Assembly: GCA_035645095.1 (NCBI GenBank)
Contig: DASQNG010000017.1
Span: 1-46,510, forward strand
Reading direction: 5' to 3'
DNA from: Gaiellaceae bacterium
Lineage (GTDB): Bacteria; Actinomycetota; Thermoleophilia; Gaiellales; Gaiellaceae
Length of the DNA: 46,510 nucleotides
The notes below the pieces were generated by a model, which worked only from the letters and a program-made list of their open reading frames with translations, searched no databases and was not told the origin of the DNA. A program made the position numbers and the translations under genes. Below, in pieces: positions 37,281 through 44,421 of this stretch; the stretch's first letter is position 1, and every line of letters starts with the position of its first letter.

Positions 37281-37994
37281 GTGCGACCCGCCTTCGTCGA
37301 CTGCCACTCGCACGTCTGCCCTTCGGGCGACGACGGCGCGAGCTCCGTCGCCGAAGGCGCGATCCTCTGCCGCGAGGCCGCCCGTCGTGGCACGGCCGTC
37401 CTCTTCGCGACGCCGCACGTCTGGCCGCACCTTCCATTGACGGACCAGCGGGAGGAGCGGATCAGGCGGTCGTTCGACGAGTTGCTGCCCCGCGCGGCGC
37501 TCGAGCTGCGGCTCGGCTTCGAGCTGACGCCGCACCTCCGGCTGCTCGACGAGGACCTCGGCCGCTACCGCCTCGGCGGCACCGACCGCGTGCTGATCGA
37601 GGTGCCGTTCTGGACCGGGTTCGACGAGCTGCTGCTCGTGGCCGAGCACGCCGCGGACTGCGGCCTGGTGCCGGTGATCGCGCACCCCGAGCGGGCGGAG
37701 GAGGTGCTCGCGCGGCCGACGCTTGCCGACGAGCTCGCGGCGCGCGGCTGGCTGCTGCAGGTGAACGGGTCGTCGCTGCTCGGCCGGCACGGGTTCGCCT
37801 CCCGTGAGCTCGCGTTCGACTTCCTCGAGCGGGGGCTGGCGTCGGTCGTCGCCTCCGACGGGCACCGGCAGGCGCGGCCCCCGTACCTGGAGGCCGCGTA
37901 CGACGTCGCCGTCCAGCGCGTCGGTGCGGCCGCCGCCGCAGTCCTCTTCGACGGGAGCGCGCTCGACGTCGCCGCGCGCCCCGCCGCCGCCTAG
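37281..37994 (+). CDS. CpsB/YwqE-like PHP-domain protein-tyrosine phosphatase
   Basis: Contains DCHSHVCPSGDDG, AHPER and ASDGH motifs characteristic of Mn-dependent PHP tyrosine phosphatases. TACGCT lies 7 nt upstream of the GTG. Confidence 0.75.
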   Translation: MRPAFVDCHSHVCPSGDDGASSVAEGAILCREAARRGTAVLFATPHVWPHLPLTDQREERIRRSFDELLPRAALELRLGFELTPHLRLLDEDLGRYRLGGTDRVLIEVPFWTGFDELLLVAEHAADCGLVPVIAHPERAEEVLARPTLADELAARGWLLQVNGSSLLGRHGFASRELAFDFLERGLASVVASDGHRQARPPYLEAAYDVAVQRVGAAAAAVLFDGSALDVAARPAAA

Positions 37995-39062
37995 CTAGAG
38001 CCCGATCGACTCCATCTCGCGCAGTGACGCGAGCCGCTTCAGCGAGTCGAGCTCGATCTGCCGCACCCGCTCGCGGGTGAGGCCGAGCCGCCGGCCGATC
38101 TCCTCGAGCGTCTTCGGCTCGGCGTCGGCGAGCCCGTAGCGGAGGATCACGACCTGACGCTCCCGGTCGGAGAGCGCGTCGAGTGCGTCCTTCAGCGCCT
38201 GGCTGCGCAGCGAGACCTCGACCTCTTCCTCCGGAAGCGGGCCGTCGCCGGCCACGAAGTCGCCGAAGACCGCGTCGTCGGCCTCGCCGATCGGCTGGTC
38301 GAGGCTGGTCGAGGCCCGTGCGGCAGCCTTCACCTCGATCGCCTGCTGGAGCGGCAGGGACGCCTCCTCGGCGACCTCCTCGAGCGTGGGCTCGCGGCCG
38401 AGCTGCGTCCAGAGCGTGCGCTCGGCCCGGTTCATCTTCTGCATCCGCTCGACGATGTGGACGGGCATCCGGATCGTCCGGGCCTTGTCAGCGAGTGCAC
38501 GCGCCACGGCCTGCCGGATCCACCAGGTGGCGTAGGTCGAGAACTTGAAGCCCCGCCGCCAGTCGAATTTCTCGACGGCGCGGATGAGGCCGAGCGTGCC
38601 CTCCTGGATCAGGTCGAGGAACGGCAGCCCTTGGTTGCGGTAGTTCTTCGCGATCGAGACGACGAGGCGCAGGTTCGCCTGGATCATCTGCTGCTTCGCC
38701 TGCATGTCACCGCGCTCGATCCGCTTCGCGAGCTCGACCTCCTGTGCGGCCGTCAGCAGCTGATGGCGCCCTGCCTCGCGCAGGAAGAGCTGCAGTGCGT
38801 CGGTCGTGGACTCCTGGGGCGCCGACGGTGCGGGCGCGGGCGCCGGCGGCTCCTCGGCCGCAGCGACCGGCTCCTCGGCGAGCTCGATGCCGCGACGGTC
38901 GAGCTCGCGGAACACGGCGTCCTGCTCGAGCGCGTCGAGCTCGTGCGTCTCGACGATCTCGTTCAGCTCGGCCGCGCGCAGCGAGCCGGTTTGCTCCGCC
39001 GTGTCCAGGAGTTGCAGGATCTCGTCGTTCCGCAGCAGCTGGTCGATGTCCACCGTCGTCAT
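37995..39062 (-). CDS. rpoD: Primary-like RNA polymerase sigma factor
   Basis: This is the C-terminal 355 codons of ORF 37995..40064, from ATG 39062. It has an acidic region-1.1-like N-terminus, then [47 protein letters not shown] and [12 protein letters not shown]. Confidence 0.92.
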   Translation of the reverse strand: MTTVDIDQLLRNDEILQLLDTAEQTGSLRAAELNEIVETHELDALEQDAVFRELDRRGIELAEEPVAAAEEPPAPAPAPSAPQESTTDALQLFLREAGRHQLLTAAQEVELAKRIERGDMQAKQQMIQANLRLVVSIAKNYRNQGLPFLDLIQEGTLGLIRAVEKFDWRRGFKFSTYATWWIRQAVARALADKARTIRMPVHIVERMQKMNRAERTLWTQLGREPTLEEVAEEASLPLQQAIEVKAAARASTSLDQPIGEADDAVFGDFVAGDGPLPEEEVEVSLRSQALKDALDALSDRERQVVILRYGLADAEPKTLEEIGRRLGLTRERVRQIELDSLKRLASLREMESIGL

Positions 39063-39310
39063 ATGCGGACTCCCGGGGGTCGCGCGCACCGGACGGAGCG
39101 CACGTCCACCATACCGCCACCTCCGGCAGGTCAAACGCCCTTCGGTCTCCCGCGGCCTCCGGGTGTCGTCCTCAGCTGCGTGCACGAGAATGTGCGTTAT
39201 GTCAAGTCGACCCATTCGTGCCGGGGCGAGTCGGCCTCCCCGTCGCGAGCGTGACTCGGGCGAGCAGGAACGCGCCGCCGACGGCGACGAGACCCGGCCG
39301 TGAGCCCACG

Positions 39311-40249
39311 CTAGAAGCCCGCGGACCGCGCGCCGGTGGCGATCAGGAGGAGCACGGCGCCGGCGGCTGCGAGGCGGTACCAGACGAAGAGCGAGTAGTC
39401 GTGGCGCCGCACGTACCCGAGCAGCCCCGTGATGGCGAGGAAGCCGCTCCCGGTCGCCGCGAGCGTGCCGACGACGAACGGCCCTACCACGTCGGACGGC
39501 GGATCGCCGAGTACGACGTCCGTCATGCCCTTGTAGAGCACGGCGCCGAGCGTGGTGGGCACGAGAAGCAGGAACGAGAAGCGCGCCGCGCTGTCTCGGT
39601 CGAGCCCGAGGAAGCGCGCTGCGGAGATCGTGATCCCGGAACGCGACACGCCGGGCATGAGCGCGAGGCTCTGCGCGAGCCCCACTCCGAACGCGGTCCC
39701 CAGGCCGAGGTCGCTCATCTCGCGGCTCTGGGGACGGCGGTCGGCCCACAGCAACACGAGCGCGAAGAGCGCGAGCAGGATCGCGACTTGCCACGGCTGC
39801 CCGAGGTTCTCCGCGATGTAGTCGTTGCCGACGGCGCCGATCGCGGCAGCCGGGATCGTCGCGACGAACACGAACCACGCCACCCGCTCGTCGGGCGTCG
39901 CGATCCGGCGCGTTCCGAGCGTCCGCACCCAGGCCCGGAAGAGCGTGACGATCTCGCGACGGAAGTAGCCGACGACGGCGACGAGCGTGCCCAGGTGGAT
40001 CCCGACGTCGAAGGTGTGGTTGAACGCCGCGTTGTCGCGGAGGTAGTCCCATTCGCCGAGCCACGGGACGAGCGCGAGGTGCCCCGAGGACGAGACCGGG
40101 AGCAGCTCCGTCGCGCCCTGGACGATCCCGAGGACGAGCGCCTGCCAGTTGGGGAGCTTCCCGGGGTCGTCCCCAACGCCGAACAGCGTGAGGACCAGGG
40201 CCGCAACGAGGGTGGCCGTGGCGACGGCATAGACGACGGCACGGCCCAT
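39311..40249 (-). CDS. uppP: Undecaprenyl-diphosphate phosphatase
   Basis: BacA/UppP motifs [17 protein letters not shown] and PGVSRSG, with 8 TM helices. TAGGAT lies 7 nt upstream of the ATG. Confidence 0.93.
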   Translation of the reverse strand: MGRAVVYAVATATLVAALVLTLFGVGDDPGKLPNWQALVLGIVQGATELLPVSSSGHLALVPWLGEWDYLRDNAAFNHTFDVGIHLGTLVAVVGYFRREIVTLFRAWVRTLGTRRIATPDERVAWFVFVATIPAAAIGAVGNDYIAENLGQPWQVAILLALFALVLLWADRRPQSREMSDLGLGTAFGVGLAQSLALMPGVSRSGITISAARFLGLDRDSAARFSFLLLVPTTLGAVLYKGMTDVVLGDPPSDVVGPFVVGTLAATGSGFLAITGLLGYVRRHDYSLFVWYRLAAAGAVLLLIATGARSAGF

Positions 40250-40251
40250 CC

Positions 40252-40266
40252 GCGCGATCCTACGCG
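40252..40266 (-). promoter_or_regulatory. -10 region of uppP (leaderless geometry), copy 1 of an identical 15-mer
   Basis: The minus-strand sequence CGCGTAGGATCGCGC. Its TAGGAT lies 7 nt upstream of the uppP ATG. Confidence 0.35.
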
Positions 40267-40515
40267 GCTGCGCCAGGGGCTCGGGAGGGAGAAAAAGTTC
40301 AGGGAGCCGGTGGCGCTTTCGTCCACCGAGCCCGCTGACTTTCCGCTTCCGCGTACGGCCCTCGTGCTCGGCTTCGACCTAGTCGCGCTCCGTGCTCCCT
40401 GCAAGCGGCACCATAGGGCCGACGCGCTCCCGCGGCAACCCGCGCGGCAGCGGAAGACGCGGTATTTGCGAGAACTTTCGTCGGACTGTGGTGGGGGTCG
40501 GCCGGTCGGCTCGGT

Positions 40516-40530
40516 CGCGTAGGATCGCGC
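40516..40530 (+). promoter_or_regulatory. -10 region of the small membrane ORF (leaderless geometry), copy 2 of the identical 15-mer
   Basis: The plus-strand sequence CGCGTAGGATCGCGC. Its TAGGAT lies 6 nt upstream of GTG 40532. Confidence 0.35.
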
Positions 40531-40531
40531 C

Positions 40532-40732
40532 GTGCACCTGCGCATGCCGAGCATCGACCACGGCGTCCAGTCCTTCTTCTGGGCGGTCGTCTTCTTCCTG
40601 ATCCTGTGGCTCGGGATGCTCGCGATCGGCGTCTCGGGCGCGACTGCGTTCATCCTCTCCCTCGTCGCAGCCGGCGGGATCTTCCTCTTCGTGCGGACGC
40701 ACGGCGAGGACCCGCCGGGCCCGCGCGCCTAG
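40532..40732 (+). CDS. Hypothetical small membrane protein (2 TM)
   Basis: 66-aa ORF with two hydrophobic helices and GC3 near 100%. TAGGAT lies 6 nt upstream of the GTG. Confidence 0.55.
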   Translation: MHLRMPSIDHGVQSFFWAVVFFLILWLGMLAIGVSGATAFILSLVAAGGIFLFVRTHGEDPPGPRA

Positions 40733-40966
40733 CGTCGGCCGCCCTCGTGTGCGGCCGCGGGCGCGCCCCGCAGCCGGCACACGAGCGTGGGCCCGAGGCT
40801 ACCTCGAGGCGCTCACGCACCGGCGGGCGCCGGGGATACCGCCGAGCGCCGCGTAGTGCTCGAGCAGGCGCTCGTCCGCGCGCCGCTTCGACGGGTCGGC
40901 GAGCGCGGCGTCCATGGCGGCTCTATCGCCCGCCACGCTCGCGCCGCGAGACCTGGCGGGAGTGAA

Positions 40967-41653
40967 CTACCTCCGGTCGCGCCGCTCCGCGTCGGCCGCG
41001 ACCGGCCGTTGCGCGTCCGGATCGTCGCCGTGCACGACCTCCCCGGCGGGACGGGAGCGCTCCGCCCGCTCGTTCGAGGCACCGACCCGGTCGCCGGGTG
41101 CCCCGTGGCGCGCCGTCTCCGGGTCGTGCGCCACGGCCGTCGACTGCGCCTCCTGACGGCCGCGGAACCCGCGCCGCGTCGGTTGTCCGACCCGCCGCGC
41201 ACCGTCCGCCTCGTCGCGCTCGTCCACGACGACGTTACGCCGCGGCCCCGACGTGTCGAACGTGAAGCCGAACGTGAGGCCGATCCCGAACGCGACCGCC
41301 GCGAGGAACTCGCCGAGGCCGCTGACCGCGCCCATCACGCCCAGGTCGCGCGACCAGTTCGACGTGTTGAAGAAGTCCGCCGGCTGCCTGGCGAGCAGCA
41401 CCCAGCCGCCCACGAGGAGCACCGGGAGGAAACCGAGCAGGAGCACGCCGAGCGAGAGGCTCGGCCACCCCCACTTCGTCCAGCCGCCGAGCAGCTGCGA
41501 GAGCGCCATCGTCAGGCCGGCCGCCGCGAGGAGGCCGTACGTGAGCCAGTACTCGCCGGACGTGTCGGTACCGATCGTCGAAGCCAGCCAGATCAGGAAC
41601 CCGGCGATCCCCGCCCCGACCGCCGTCGAGAGCCCTCTCGTGATGCCGATCAT
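40967..41653 (-). CDS. Hypothetical integral membrane protein with charged, probably disordered C-terminal tail
   Basis: 228-aa ORF with 4 predicted TM helices (Trp/Gly-rich), then an ~85-aa Arg/Asp/Glu-rich tail. GGAGG lies 6 nt upstream of the ATG. Confidence 0.65.
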   Translation of the reverse strand: MIGITRGLSTAVGAGIAGFLIWLASTIGTDTSGEYWLTYGLLAAAGLTMALSQLLGGWTKWGWPSLSLGVLLLGFLPVLLVGGWVLLARQPADFFNTSNWSRDLGVMGAVSGLGEFLAAVAFGIGLTFGFTFDTSGPRRNVVVDERDEADGARRVGQPTRRGFRGRQEAQSTAVAHDPETARHGAPGDRVGASNERAERSRPAGEVVHGDDPDAQRPVAADAERRDRR

Positions 41654-41719
41654 CGTGAGCCTCCGTTCTCTTGACGCACCGCGTCCGTGATTCCCGGTAC
41701 GGATCGAACGGAACCGTCC

Positions 41720-42319
41720 CTAGTCCAGTTGCAGTCGCCGCTCGTCGAACCGCGCGGAGTAGAGCTCCGAGCGGAAGTCGTGGAGGGCGCGGAAGGTGTC
41801 GTCGGCGAAGACGTGGTCGACGACCCCGACCGACGCGTCGTTCCAGAACGGCAGGTCGACGTGGAGCTGCGTGACCAGGTTGACCGAGAGGCCGCGGCAG
41901 GCCGGGCAGCGGATCGCGAGGCCGTAGGCCTGCGCCCCGGGCGCCACCGCCACGAACGAGGACGGGAAGACGGGCCGGGGCCGTCCCTCGGGGTAGCAGT
42001 AGAAGCTCCACGGCCACTCCCCCGCGCCGACGCGTGTGGCGGCGGCGTCGCGCAGCTCCGCCCCCGTTTCGTCCAGCTTCGACGTCATCAGGTTCAGGAA
42101 GCGTCCGGCGTCGCCGGCGACCGGCGCCCAGTCGAGCTCGTCGTGCGAGACGAGGCCTTGGTGCGCGTCGCCGCAGTGGCAGTCGAAGAGAACTTCGTAG
42201 ACGGCCGGATGCGCCGCGCCGGGAAGCCGCTCCAGCCGCCGGAACGCCGAGAGTGTCACGCGCGCCGCCGCCCCGCGCGGGCACGAGAAGGTGTACCTGC
42301 CGGTCAGCGCGTCGTACAT
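41720..42319 (-). CDS. Hypothetical Cys/His-rich protein (putative zinc-binding, internally duplicated)
   Basis: 199-aa ORF with high GC3. Cys at residues 13, 47, 49, 108, 138 and 141, arranged as F-x-C-(P)-x-G ...30-34 aa... C-x(1-2)-C twice. I recognise no family. Confidence 0.65.
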   Translation of the reverse strand: MYDALTGRYTFSCPRGAAARVTLSAFRRLERLPGAAHPAVYEVLFDCHCGDAHQGLVSHDELDWAPVAGDAGRFLNLMTSKLDETGAELRDAAATRVGAGEWPWSFYCYPEGRPRPVFPSSFVAVAPGAQAYGLAIRCPACRGLSVNLVTQLHVDLPFWNDASVGVVDHVFADDTFRALHDFRSELYSARFDERRLQLD

Positions 42320-42377
42320 GTGGGAATCGTCAGCTGCGGCTCGGACGACATCGAAACGCGCTCCTCTGCAGGGGACT

Positions 42378-42914
42378 TCAGTAGCGGATGAGCGATTCGA
42401 CGGTGTAGTCGGCGAGCTTGTCGCGCCCGTTCAGGAACTCGAGCTCGATCACGAAGAGGAGGCCGACGACCTCCGCCCCGACCATCTCGACGAGGTCGGC
42501 CTTTGCCCGCGCCGTCCCGCCCGTGGCGAGCACGTCGTCATGCACGATCACGCGCGCCCCGGGCTTGATCGCGTCCGCATGAACCTGGAGGCGGTCGGTC
42601 CCGTACTCGAGCTCGTACGTCGCCTCCACCGTCTCCCACGGCAGCTTCCCCGGCTTTCGGGCGGTCACGAAGCCGCAGCCGAGCTCGTAGGCGAGCGCGC
42701 CGCCGAAGATGAAGCCGCGCGCCTCCGCGCCGAGGATGACGTCCGGCCGGAGCGGCCGGGCGAGCTCGACCAGCCGGTCGACGGCCGCACGGAGATAGTC
42801 GGGGTCGCCGACGAGCGGCATGATGTCCTTGAAGACGATGCCGGGCTTCGGGAAGTCCGGCACGTCGCGCACACGGTCGCGGAGGTCGAGCGTCGCGATC
42901 GACGGGTCGTTCAT
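42378..42914 (-). CDS. apt: Adenine phosphoribosyltransferase
   Basis: Contains DFPKPGIVFKDI and the PRPP motif VIVHDDVLATGGTA. 178 aa from ATG 42914, within ORF 42378..43355. Confidence 0.93.
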   Translation of the reverse strand: MNDPSIATLDLRDRVRDVPDFPKPGIVFKDIMPLVGDPDYLRAAVDRLVELARPLRPDVILGAEARGFIFGGALAYELGCGFVTARKPGKLPWETVEATYELEYGTDRLQVHADAIKPGARVIVHDDVLATGGTARAKADLVEMVGAEVVGLLFVIELEFLNGRDKLADYTVESLIRY

Positions 42915-42924
42915 GCGCGGCAAC

Positions 42925-43632
42925 CTACCGCTCGGCGAGTCCGCCGAGCTCGCGCCAGAAGAGAAGCCGTGAGAGGTCCTGCGATGCCTCGGCGAGCGCC
43001 TGCAGGTCCTCGAGCCCCGCCTTGCGGCGTTCGGGGTTCCGCGAGCGCAGCGCCGGCGCCACGAGCTGCTCGAGCAGCGCCGCCTCTCGCCCGGCCGAGT
43101 TCCGGAACGTCCGCAGATGCCGCGCGTCGATCCCGTAGCGCGCGAGCCGGCCGCAGGCCGCGGCGATCTCCGCGTCGGTGTCGCGATAGAGCCGCTCTCC
43201 CGCCTCGACTCGCGGTACGAGCAGCCCGAACTCCTCGAGCGCACGTACGAGCTCCGGCTCGATGCCGGCGCGTTCGCAGAGCTCGGCGAGCTCGAGCTCG
43301 CCCTCCGGCTCGCCGAGCGTGGAGGGTCGCCGGCGCTTCCGCTCCGCCGCCGCACCGCGCGCGAGCTCCTGCCTGATCACGCGCAGCGGCAGGAACTCGT
43401 CCCGCTGCAGACGCAGGATCGTCTCCAGCCGGTCGACGTCCTCCTGGCTGAAGAGCCGGTAGCCGCCGCGCGTTCGCTTCGGCGTCACGAGTCCCTGGTC
43501 CTCGAGGTACCGGATCTTCGAGATCGAGATGTCGGGGAACGCCTCGCGCAGCTGCGCGCAGACGGCGCCGATCGTGTGCAGCCGGCCCTCCGGTCGCTCG
43601 GCCGACCGCCGCTCGGTCGCGGTCGAGCTCAT
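42925..43632 (-). CDS. MerR-family transcriptional regulator (FtsR/Rv1828-like two-domain type)
   Basis: MerR wHTH (IGAVCAQL...ISISKIRYLEDQGLVTPKRTRGGYRLFSQEDVDRL) plus a second helical domain. It is immediately downstream of an FHA gene, as in the actinobacterial garA/odhI-ftsR arrangement. Confidence 0.85.
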   Translation of the reverse strand: MSSTATERRSAERPEGRLHTIGAVCAQLREAFPDISISKIRYLEDQGLVTPKRTRGGYRLFSQEDVDRLETILRLQRDEFLPLRVIRQELARGAAAERKRRRPSTLGEPEGELELAELCERAGIEPELVRALEEFGLLVPRVEAGERLYRDTDAEIAAACGRLARYGIDARHLRTFRNSAGREAALLEQLVAPALRSRNPERRKAGLEDLQALAEASQDLSRLLFWRELGGLAER

Positions 43633-44096
43633 CGGCGCTGGAGGAACGTCAGCCGGTACTTGCCGATCTGGACCTCGTCGTCGTCCTCGAGCTCCGCGGA
43701 CTCGATCCTGCTGCGGTTGACGAAGGTCCCGTTCAGGCTGCCGAGGTCGGTGATCGTGAAGCGGTCGCCGCTGCTCGTCAGCTCGGCGTGCCGGCGGGAG
43801 ACCGTCACGTCGTCGAGGAAGACGTCGCAGTCGGGCGACCGCCCGATCAGTGTCCGCTCGCCGGACGGGAAGAAGCTCTCACCGGCGCGCCCCCCGCCGG
43901 AGCGCACGACGAGCGCGGGGCCCTGCGCCGCAGGATCGGCGAGCGCGGCAGCCGGGTCCTCCGCGAGCTCCTCCGCACTGAAGGTGATCGTCTGTTCGGT
44001 CGGGTCCTCCGTGCTGAGGCGCGTCCCGCACTTCGAGCAGAAGTTCGCCGCCTCGGGGTTCTGGAAGCCGCACTCCTGGCAGTAGACGTGGCTCAT
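43629..44096 (-). CDS. FHA-domain protein with N-terminal zinc ribbon (GarA/OdhI-like)
   Basis: Zinc ribbon CQECG...CSKCG, a linker, then an FHA core (IGRSPDCDVFLDDVTVSRRHAEL...DLGSLNGTFVN). Its stop overlaps the MerR start, and its start overlaps the upstream ORF stop. Confidence 0.9.
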   Translation of the reverse strand: MSHVYCQECGFQNPEAANFCSKCGTRLSTEDPTEQTITFSAEELAEDPAAALADPAAQGPALVVRSGGGRAGESFFPSGERTLIGRSPDCDVFLDDVTVSRRHAELTSSGDRFTITDLGSLNGTFVNRSRIESAELEDDDEVQIGKYRLTFLQRR

Positions 44097-44350
44097 CTGG
44101 ACGGCTCCTCGTCGGGAGCGCCCGTCGTCGGCAGGTCGCGCGACGAGAGGATCTCGGTCAGCCGTTCGACGTCGACCTCCCCCACGCCCCTACCCTTGAG
44201 CCGCGCCGTCCGCTCGGCGCGGAGGATGTCGATGCGCCCCTGCAGCAGCCGCCGGCTGTAGGAGAGCTCGTTCTCCTCGGCCTCGAGGCGCTCGATCAGC
44301 TCCTTCAGCTCCTCGTTGCTGAGCGAGGCGAGGTCGGGCAGCGGTTCCAC
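44093..44350 (-). CDS. Small coiled-coil protein with a single RsiG/AmfC-type c-di-GMP-binding motif (putative anti-sigma-like c-di-GMP sensor)
   Basis: This is the last 85 codons of ORF 44093..45973. The GTG start has GGAGGA 5 nt upstream. The sequence ...LEAEENELSYSRRLLQGRIDILRAE... contains E26-x3-S30-x2-R33-x3-Q37-x3-D41. The stop overlaps the FHA start (ATGA). The functional call is tentative. Confidence 0.5.
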   Translation of the reverse strand: MEPLPDLASLSNEELKELIERLEAEENELSYSRRLLQGRIDILRAERTARLKGRGVGEVDVERLTEILSSRDLPTTGAPDEEPSR

Positions 44351-44421
44351 GTGCGTCCTCCAGTCGGCCGGTCGTCGGGGCGTCGACTCAGTAAAGCAGC
44401 CGCACCGCCGAGGGGTCAACC

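Noticed and set aside
39063-40064. N-terminal extension of the rpoD ORF (37995..40064).
   Set aside because: It runs antisense through uppP and the rpoD promoter region and is Arg/Pro-rich. The sigma-factor homology and acidic region 1.1 begin at ATG 39062.
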